Shown here in pieces: positions 56,831 through 64,000 of a DNA stretch of 64,000 nucleotides. This DNA comes from Thermoplasmata archaeon (GTDB taxonomy: Archaea; Thermoplasmatota; Thermoplasmata; GCA-020350865): the NCBI GenBank assembly GCA_020348445.1, contig CP070751.1, forward strand, positions 3,912,385 to 3,976,384, in the 5' to 3' direction. The notes below the pieces were generated by a model, which was not told the origin of the DNA, did no database searches, and saw only the letters and a program-made list of their open reading frames with translations. A program made the translations under genes and the position numbers. Each line of letters starts with the position of its first letter. The first letter of the stretch is position 1.

Positions 56831-59800
56831 AATTTTTGTTATAGCAATCGCTCTAGGCGTGGCGATAGTCTCGAATTCATGCATAGTAAAAAGAAATGAC
56901 ATGAACAATGATATGAACATAGAAAAAGAGCAAGATGATGTGGAATCAATCGATATTTTAAACGACAGAGGAACGAGATATTATCATGATAGAGAACAGG
57001 ATTCTTTCGGTTCTGGGCTGTTTATCGGCACTGCTGCAGGTAGTATCTACGATATCGCAGTTTGCGATCTGGATAATGATGGCGATATGGACATTGTAAG
57101 TTGTGGCGAAATACCAGGTGTAGTCCCTCCGCTGGGTGAAGTATGTATATGGCAGAATTCAGGCACCCCTTTTGAATCCCCCTCTACATGGACATCCTTA
57201 ACTATAAGCAGTGCTCATCCTATTCCTCTTGCGACAGCGGTCGATGTCGGCGATTTAGATTACGATGGTGATTTAGATATCGTTAGTGGCCACTTATCTG
57301 ATTTATACAACATACACATATGGGAGAATCCTCTTGATTCCGGTACCGGTGACCCATGGGCTGGACCTTGGAACAGCAATATTGTCTGGGCAGTTGGTAC
57401 TTATGTATCGTCCGTGGCTTTCGGCGATTTAGACAATGATGGCAATTTAGATATTGTGAGTGGAGGTACCAATGGAAGTGTCGCGGTAATAAATGTTTCA
57501 AGAAATCCGAAGAACCAAAGAGGAGATCCATGGACAGAATCTTGGGATACAAACAATGGGGGCTCTGTTGGTGGTGTAGGAGTTTCCGAGGTTACGGTTG
57601 GTGATTTGGATAATGACGGTTGGTTGGATATTGCAAGCGGTGATTGGGGCTTAGGTAGAGTGTACCTTTTCGAAAATGACGGGACACCCTGGGACGGATT
57701 TATAATTGGTCCTGTGTTGACTCATCCTCTTACTGGTGTTTTATCCGTGGCTATGGGCGATGTGAATAACGACGGTGATTTAGATATTATCTTTGGAGAT
57801 GATAATTCTACCACACCAGGAGGATTGGGAAGCGTAAGGGTTTGGGACAACCCCAGATATGACGGCGGCGATCCCTGGGATGCCTCCGATTGGAGTAATG
57901 TTAATTTAGGACAAGCTTTTGTGGGTGATAGCATACCTTCTGTTGCCATAGGCGATTTAGATAATGATGCCTGGCTGGATATTATAGCCGGGGATAATCT
58001 GATGCATTTAGCCTCATGGGAAAATGATGCCACACCTTTGGGCAGCTGGGAACCGCATAAACAACTGATAGAAGTCGTTGGGGGCAGTGTAAATGCAACT
58101 GCAGTGGGCGATTTAGACAACGATGGCGATTTGGATATTATCACCGGGGATGGCGGAGCTAATGTTTACATATGTAACAATTCCTTGATACATAGGAATA
58201 TGCCACTTAACTCGGCTATTTGGGCAGGCGATGTTCTGGTAGATAACATTTATGCTGTCGCTGTCGGCGATCTCGATAATGATGGAGATCTAGATTTAGC
58301 CACAGGGAATTTTGTAGGAATGACGGGGGAGAATATACATGTATGGGAGAACGTTGAGCCGTGGAACCCAAATTGGGCAACAATTAACGGAGTGGGCAAG
58401 ACATGGGTTAATGCCACGGTGCTTGCTATTGCATTGGGTGACCTTGATAATGACGGCGACTTGGATATTGTGACCGGTGACGATTGGCATGATCTCCAGG
58501 TGTGGGAGAACGATGGAACCCCCTTTATCGGCGGTTGGTTGAGCAACACACTTGCTGCGAGTCATGATGACAGAGCATTTAGGTCTGTCGCGCTTGCGGA
58601 TTTCGATCATGATGGAGATTTAGATATAGTGAGTGGCAATGATGGTTTAGGAGGAGGAGGTGACGTTGATATTTTAAAAAATCCACTAAATGACGATATG
58701 TCACCACAAAATCCGTTTACTGTGTTATGGAACCGCACTTGGGTTGGAATGACTGGCAAATATCAGAGTAAGGGCGTTACCTCGGTTGGTATCGGTGATC
58801 TGGATAACGACGGTGATGTCGATATTATAACAGGTGATGGAGCTCACAATATTCTTATCTGGGAGAATTTAAACTCGAGTGGGACTAATCCCTGGGATCC
58901 TGATGTTTGGAGTGATTCCACAGGCGTATTGGTTGGCAATATGCGAGTGTCCGGCAACGGTGCAGGCGTTAGCATCGAAGTGGGTGATCTAGACAATGAT
59001 GGTGATCTAGATATCGTCGGAGGTTCAAGAGACGGGCTGGGGTACTCGAAGATTAGTGTGTATGAAAATCCGCTGGGCACCACAAATCTCTGGGCAGGCA
59101 ATTGGACAAATTGGATGATAGATGAGTCGTTATGGTGGGAGATTGTAGATGTTGCAATCGGTGATATGGATAACGATGGCGATATAGATATTACTACAAA
59201 TGGGAATGGGACATTTTTTGTTAATACTTACATCAATCCTAATCTCGAGAAAAGTGGAATAATTCCTCCAAAATCTTGGAGCAGAGATCAGTATTTCTTA
59301 GGTTATGAAATTAGGGCATTAGCACTTGGGGATTTGGATAATAAGAACGCCACTAATAACAACAAGGGAGGTGACTTGGACGTCATTGCCGGTACCATGT
59401 CCGGCGTGTATTTGTTCGAGAATATAGGTGCTCAGACCACTGTATCTGCATCGCCAGTTTCAATTCCACCTGCAACACATGATATCAATAATGGTCAATC
59501 CGATAATTTAATGAATATTTACGTTACACACAACGGAGTTAGCAAGGATAACGATACTGAACTCGCGATTTGGAGATTTAAATTTTTCGATAATGGATTG
59601 CCTTTAACAAGTACCAATATAACCAATTTGATAGCAAGCTTCTATATATACAACGATACCAATCCCAACGGTCTATGGGACCTGGGAGATACGATTTTAG
59701 ATGCAAATGTAATCACGGTTAACGGAAATGTGGTAACATTCGATTTTGTAGAATCATTGTTTGATAGTGATGTGGTAATACCTGCAAATCCCGAGCATAC

Positions 59801-62708
59801 GACACGGACTTATTTCTTCGTTGTAAGGCTTACAGGAGATGCTTCGTTACATACCCCAAACACATTTAATGTGACGTTCGATCCTGATGGTTACAATACT
59901 GGTGATTGGAATGAGGTAGAGCATGAAGATGAGGATACCATTCTTACGATCCTAGAGGCTCAACCAACTGTTGCAGGGCAGTTCAGAGCTGTTGGACCTG
60001 TTGTAAATACTCCTCCTGAGGCACAATATTTGGGAGTTCAAGGTTTCTTAGAAGCAACTGTAGGCATAATGCACATCTCAGATCATACACCTGATTTGAA
60101 CTGGACATATTATGATGTGGACGGTGATCCACAAACTCAGTACGAAGTTAGGGTTGGTACCGCACCCGGGTTGAACGACATGTGGGCACCTGGTACTCAA
60201 GTTGATGCGATGACGACAGTGACTTATGCAGGTTCTGCTTTGATTGATGACACAGATTATTGGTTTGGAGTCAAAGTTTATGACGGTACAAATTGGAGTG
60301 CATGGAACGAGGCCCAGTTCCACATGAATACTGTCTTAGCTCCTACAGCACCTGTGATACCGGCGGATGGCACGAATATACCATCATCCCTATCACAGAC
60401 AGTGTCATGGACATCAGGTGGAGCAGATCCCGAAGGCGATACAGTCACTTATTTCTGGGAATTATCAGAAAACGATAATTCTTTCACACCTGTAAACATA
60501 ATAGCCTCAGGCTCTGCAATAGGCACTATTTCAGCCTCCTTTGCAACGTCACCTTCGAATACATATTACTGGCGAGTGAATGCAACGGACTCCTGGGAAT
60601 TTTCAGAATATGGAAATACACCCCCTAGCTATTGGTATTTTACTACTAGCGCAAATACTGTGCCTGAAGTCTTATATTTAGGTGTTCAAGGCTTCTTAGA
60701 AGCAACTCCAAGCATAATGCATATCACGGACCATACGCCTGATCTGAACTGGACTTACTACGATGCGGACGGCGATCCACAAACTCAGTACGAAGTTAGA
60801 GTTGGTACCGCACCCGGATTGAACGATATGTGGGCGCCAGGAGTCCAGGTAGGTGCGATAACCACGGTAATGTATGCAGGAGCGTCTTTAATCGACAACG
60901 CGGATTACTGGTTTGGTGTTAAGGTCTATGACGGAACAGATTGGAGTGCATGGAACGAAACGCAATTCCATATGAATACTATATTGTCACCCACAACACC
61001 TGTGAACCCATCTGATGGTGCGAATATACCTGCAATCTCAACGCAGACAGTTTCATGGACACCAGGAGGATCTGATCCCGAAGGTGATACAGTGACTTAC
61101 TATTGGGAAGTGTCTGAAAACGATGATACATTCGCACCTACAAGCATATTGGTCTCAGGCTCTATAACTGGGACGGTCTCGACTTCCTTTCCAACACTAC
61201 CATCAATAACCTATTATTGGCGAGTTAATGCAACAGATTCTTGGGAGTTCTCAGATTATGGCAATACACCTCCGAGTTATTGGGTGTTCACGACAACCGC
61301 GAATACGGCACCAGAAGCGTTATATTTAGGAGTACAAGGTTATTTAGAAGCAACTGCAGGCATAATGCACATCACGGACCACACACCTGATCTGAATTGG
61401 ACTTATTACGATGCAGACGGAGATTCACAAACTCAGTATGAAATTAGAGTTGGTACTACATCTGGATTGAACGATATGTGGGCACCTGGGGCTCAAGTAG
61501 GTGATATAACTGCTATAACATATGCAGGAGCACCTTTAATCGACAACGCGGATTACTGGTTTGGTGTTAAAGTCTATGACGGAACAGATTGGAGTGCATG
61601 GAACGAGGTGCAGTTCCATATAAATGAAGTATTGGCTCCTGGGGAACCTGTGTCACCTGTTGATAGTTCGAGTATACCATCATCTTTGACGCAGATAGTG
61701 TCATGGACCTGTGTTGGAGCAGATCCTGAAAACGACATAGTCACTTACTATTGGGAAGTATCTGAAGATGTTAACACATTCGCACCAGCGAATATAATAG
61801 CCTCAGGCTCCACAACTGGTACAACCTCATCATCGTTTGTAACGTTACCATCAACCACATATTATTGGCGAGTGAATGCAACAGACTCGTGGGAATTTTC
61901 AGAGTATGGAAATACGCCACCCAGCTATTGGGATTTTACCACAACTTCTCTACCTCCTGAAATATACGATATAAATGCGACACCTTCGCCGCAAATCGTT
62001 GGGGGCGAGGTAACGATATCTGCGAACATAACTGATGAGGATACTGACTTAAAGGATCTTACCGTGATTATCAATATAACGAAACCAGATGGAACGAAAT
62101 TAGGGAACTTTACTATGACCTACGATCCAATGACAGGCAGGTTTATGTATACTTCCATTTTTGATTATGAAGGCACTTATACGCTTGTTATCTGGGTTAC
62201 CGATGAAGAAGGAAATTGGGCTAAGAAAAATGACACATTTGTCATGGAGACACCAATTGAAGAGCCGGATAAAGAACCGCAAGAGTACAACTGGAAGCCT
62301 ATTATCGCGCTTATATTCGCCGTAATTCTGCTAATCCTGGGAGGCTTGGTTTCGTACAGACGGCCATTAAGGTATACGGGAATATTGGAAAAAGATAGAT
62401 GGTACACATTCCTAAGATGGGTACTACCTTTTGTAATTGCGGAGGCTATTATAGGGATTATATCGTTCTTCACAGGTCTATTAAGCGTACCGCCGATCTT
62501 TGGTTTGGGAATAATAGTGGATTTGATAATTTTAATTTCGGGATTGATATGTTGCATGGTGATATTCGATAAAAACAGTTCTGCTATGTTTATGGAAGAA
62601 CAAGCACAGACTTTGCCCTCTCCACCTGAAGAGGTACTGCCGCCTTTAGAAGAAACTAATGAGTTTGGAAAAACAGAAGAAGATATCGAAAAGCAAGAAA
62701 ATCTTTAA
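56805..62708 (+). CDS. Very large membrane-anchored FG-GAP/VCBS repeat protein
   Basis: More than 12 GDLDNDGDLDI calcium-binding repeats; three 216-aa tandem repeats; Ig-like domain; C-terminal three-TM segment and acidic tail; AAAGGAGG RBS. Confidence 0.88.
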   Translation: MNKKPAVNRIFVIAIALGVAIVSNSCIVKRNDMNNDMNIEKEQDDVESIDILNDRGTRYYHDREQDSFGSGLFIGTAAGSIYDIAVCDLDNDGDMDIVSCGEIPGVVPPLGEVCIWQNSGTPFESPSTWTSLTISSAHPIPLATAVDVGDLDYDGDLDIVSGHLSDLYNIHIWENPLDSGTGDPWAGPWNSNIVWAVGTYVSSVAFGDLDNDGNLDIVSGGTNGSVAVINVSRNPKNQRGDPWTESWDTNNGGSVGGVGVSEVTVGDLDNDGWLDIASGDWGLGRVYLFENDGTPWDGFIIGPVLTHPLTGVLSVAMGDVNNDGDLDIIFGDDNSTTPGGLGSVRVWDNPRYDGGDPWDASDWSNVNLGQAFVGDSIPSVAIGDLDNDAWLDIIAGDNLMHLASWENDATPLGSWEPHKQLIEVVGGSVNATAVGDLDNDGDLDIITGDGGANVYICNNSLIHRNMPLNSAIWAGDVLVDNIYAVAVGDLDNDGDLDLATGNFVGMTGENIHVWENVEPWNPNWATINGVGKTWVNATVLAIALGDLDNDGDLDIVTGDDWHDLQVWENDGTPFIGGWLSNTLAASHDDRAFRSVALADFDHDGDLDIVSGNDGLGGGGDVDILKNPLNDDMSPQNPFTVLWNRTWVGMTGKYQSKGVTSVGIGDLDNDGDVDIITGDGAHNILIWENLNSSGTNPWDPDVWSDSTGVLVGNMRVSGNGAGVSIEVGDLDNDGDLDIVGGSRDGLGYSKISVYENPLGTTNLWAGNWTNWMIDESLWWEIVDVAIGDMDNDGDIDITTNGNGTFFVNTYINPNLEKSGIIPPKSWSRDQYFLGYEIRALALGDLDNKNATNNNKGGDLDVIAGTMSGVYLFENIGAQTTVSASPVSIPPATHDINNGQSDNLMNIYVTHNGVSKDNDTELAIWRFKFFDNGLPLTSTNITNLIASFYIYNDTNPNGLWDLGDTILDANVITVNGNVVTFDFVESLFDSDVVIPANPEHTTRTYFFVVRLTGDASLHTPNTFNVTFDPDGYNTGDWNEVEHEDEDTILTILEAQPTVAGQFRAVGPVVNTPPEAQYLGVQGFLEATVGIMHISDHTPDLNWTYYDVDGDPQTQYEVRVGTAPGLNDMWAPGTQVDAMTTVTYAGSALIDDTDYWFGVKVYDGTNWSAWNEAQFHMNTVLAPTAPVIPADGTNIPSSLSQTVSWTSGGADPEGDTVTYFWELSENDNSFTPVNIIASGSAIGTISASFATSPSNTYYWRVNATDSWEFSEYGNTPPSYWYFTTSANTVPEVLYLGVQGFLEATPSIMHITDHTPDLNWTYYDADGDPQTQYEVRVGTAPGLNDMWAPGVQVGAITTVMYAGASLIDNADYWFGVKVYDGTDWSAWNETQFHMNTILSPTTPVNPSDGANIPAISTQTVSWTPGGSDPEGDTVTYYWEVSENDDTFAPTSILVSGSITGTVSTSFPTLPSITYYWRVNATDSWEFSDYGNTPPSYWVFTTTANTAPEALYLGVQGYLEATAGIMHITDHTPDLNWTYYDADGDSQTQYEIRVGTTSGLNDMWAPGAQVGDITAITYAGAPLIDNADYWFGVKVYDGTDWSAWNEVQFHINEVLAPGEPVSPVDSSSIPSSLTQIVSWTCVGADPENDIVTYYWEVSEDVNTFAPANIIASGSTTGTTSSSFVTLPSTTYYWRVNATDSWEFSEYGNTPPSYWDFTTTSLPPEIYDINATPSPQIVGGEVTISANITDEDTDLKDLTVIINITKPDGTKLGNFTMTYDPMTGRFMYTSIFDYEGTYTLVIWVTDEEGNWAKKNDTFVMETPIEEPDKEPQEYNWKPIIALIFAVILLILGGLVSYRRPLRYTGILEKDRWYTFLRWVLPFVIAEAIIGIISFFTGLLSVPPIFGLGIIVDLIILISGLICCMVIFDKNSSAMFMEEQAQTLPSPPEEVLPPLEETNEFGKTEEDIEKQENL
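60006..61949 (+). repeat. Three intragenic tandem repeats of 648 bp (216 aa)
   Basis: AATAC...YLGVQG.LEAT..IMHI.DHTPDLNWTYYD units start at 60006, 60654 and 61302. Confidence 0.92.
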
Positions 62709-62729
62709 GTGTTTGAACTAATAAAATAG

Positions 62730-62960
62730 ATATTTCCATGAATATCCTGGTTGCACACAAGATATCGTCGAACCCATATAAAATATGCAAAATGTTTACC
62801 AAAGTCTTTTTATATTGGTTTTTAACTATTTGAAGTGCAGATAGGAATTATCAAAATTAAACTATGGAGGGTGGGCATGAATAATAGATTAACTTCAATT
62901 GGGATTGTTATTTTGCTAGTCACATCAGGATTAGTGGGATTTATCACCTTTGGACCGAAG
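62730..62960 (+). promoter_or_regulatory. Repeated intergenic element, copy C (5'-truncated)
   Basis: ATATTTCCATGAATATCCTGGTTGCACACAAGATATCGT..CATATAAAATATGCAAAATGTTT..CAAAGTCTTTTTATATT..TTTGAAGTGCAGAT matches copy A from 51271 onward. Confidence 0.85.
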
Positions 62961-64000
62961 ATTATCAATGCACCAGGGATCATAATATATGTGGATGACG
63001 ACTACACATCTGAAGACCCTACCCATAAAAAGACGATACAGGCCGGTGTAAATGCGGCATTTCCGGGGGACACTGTGTATGTCTACAGCGGGACTTACTA
63101 TGAGAATGTGGTGGTTAACAAGGCCATATTTTTAACTGGAGAAGATAAGGACACGACCATAATCGACGGTACAGGTAATCGTACTATTCATATCAATTCA
63201 GATTGGGTGAAGATCAGTAACTTCGCTCTGATAAATGGAAGCAATGGGGTGTATCTCTCCGGTCCAAAAATGTGCAATATCACTGGTAACAACATCTCAA
63301 GTAATAGGTACGGGGTCCAAGTAGCATCATCAAAAAACACGATCCGGGGGAACGAAATCTCTGTAAACGATAACATAGGTATAGACTGCTATAAGGCATC
63401 GGATGTCACGATCGTTGAGAACAACATCCATGATAACAATGGCGAGGGGATCAGAGTGTTAAAATCCTCCAACAATATAATTGACGCAAACAACATTTCA
63501 TCAAACCATAACTATGGCATCAAGTTATCGGATTCATGGAATATCACGGTGCAAAGAAATAATATCTCATTCCACAATGACTGTGCCATCTACATGTCCT
63601 CATCATGGAACTGCACGATCCAGGAAAACGATGTCTCCTTCAATGGAAACAGGGGCATCTATCTGCATGAATCATCGAATAATACAGTGCAAGGAAACAA
63701 TATCTACCTCAACCCTTCTAACGGAATCAACATCGCTAAATCGCATAACAACAATATCGAGGCCAACAACATCTTTCTCAACAGTAGATGTGGCATCTCC
63801 ATCTATTATTATTCATTATACAACACGATAATCCGGAACTCCATATATGAGAACGTACATTCAGGCATCGCCCTTACATCCTCCTCTATGAACATAATTT
63901 CGCACAACAACATAACGTTGAACAGAGCCTGGGGCATTACTTTCGGTTCATCAACGAAAAACTTGGTTCATCACAACAATTTCATCGACAACCATATTCA
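62877..64000 (+). CDS. Partial secreted NosD/CASH parallel beta-helix protein (runs off the window end)
   Basis: ATG at 62877 after GGAGG; MNNRLTSIGIVILL signal peptide; TIQAGVNAAFPGDTVYVYSGTYYENVVVNK, then NNIxxN..GI repeats; absent from the ORF track because there is no stop before the edge. Confidence 0.88.
   Translation, partial: MNNRLTSIGIVILLVTSGLVGFITFGPKIINAPGIIIYVDDDYTSEDPTHKKTIQAGVNAAFPGDTVYVYSGTYYENVVVNKAIFLTGEDKDTTIIDGTGNRTIHINSDWVKISNFALINGSNGVYLSGPKMCNITGNNISSNRYGVQVASSKNTIRGNEISVNDNIGIDCYKASDVTIVENNIHDNNGEGIRVLKSSNNIIDANNISSNHNYGIKLSDSWNITVQRNNISFHNDCAIYMSSSWNCTIQENDVSFNGNRGIYLHESSNNTVQGNNIYLNPSNGINIAKSHNNNIEANNIFLNSRCGISIYYYSLYNTIIRNSIYENVHSGIALTSSSMNIISHNNITLNRAWGITFGSSTKNLVHHNNFIDNHI

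Noticed and set aside
60006-61949. Diversity-generating retroelement TR/VR pair among the near-identical repeats
   Set aside because: All copies are in-frame coding, differences include C/T and G changes at synonymous sites rather than being adenine-specific, and no reverse transcriptase is present
51134-62879. Integron attC interpretation of the repeated intergenic elements
   Set aside because: No RYYYAAC/GTTRRRY boundaries were found, the elements contain promoters and signal-peptide starts, and no integron integrase is in the window
304-63831. Many short alternative-frame or antisense ORFs in the track (e.g. 986-1441, 8731-9285, 20104-20577, 29374-29868, 57722-58144, 63481-63831)
   Set aside because: They overlap longer ORFs with clear family motifs and show no recognisable motifs or RBS; treated as shadow ORFs

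Overview
Archaeal chromosomal window. It carries GGGP and DGGGP ether-lipid synthases, archaeal-type RNase HII and TruD, GGTGA/GGAGG ribosome-binding sites and a tRNA-Ala(CGC). Gene content and surface-protein style suggest an anaerobic, protein-degrading Thermoplasmatota lineage (inference). Layout: (1) 0.4-3.6 kb, a cobalamin-binding radical SAM gene converging on the GGGPS-DGGGPS pair; (2) 3.9-20.5 kb, a surface-glycan locus with 2 NDP-sugar epimerases/dehydratases, a DegT aminotransferase, 5 glycosyltransferases, 2 SAM methyltransferases, a second B12-radical SAM, a WbqC-like protein, 2 deacetylase-like proteins, a flippase and a hexapeptide acyltransferase; (3) 20.5-38.5 kb, housekeeping and catabolic genes (cyclophilin, tRNA-Ala flanked by echoes of its own ends, ABC proteins, a gingipain/C25-like surface peptidase, a carboxyltransferase/enoyl-CoA hydratase/biotin-carrier trio, a histidine ammonia-lyase with an Ala-Cys-Gly MIO triad, truD, SCP2, rnhB); (4) 38.6-64 kb, an array of very large secreted modular proteins (Ig-like, NPP-type phosphodiesterase, SBBP propeller, NosD/CASH beta-helix, FG-GAP). 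The most unusual structure is in block 4: a repeated promoter-plus-signal-peptide head (three copies, two with ACG where the third has ATG), a recurring GACAATCG-N6-CGATTGTC palindrome, and a shared ~390-aa C-terminal module on proteins with unrelated N-terminal regions. No CRISPR array, integrase, transposase or reverse transcriptase was recognised. Family calls come from motif recognition by eye; no database search was run.
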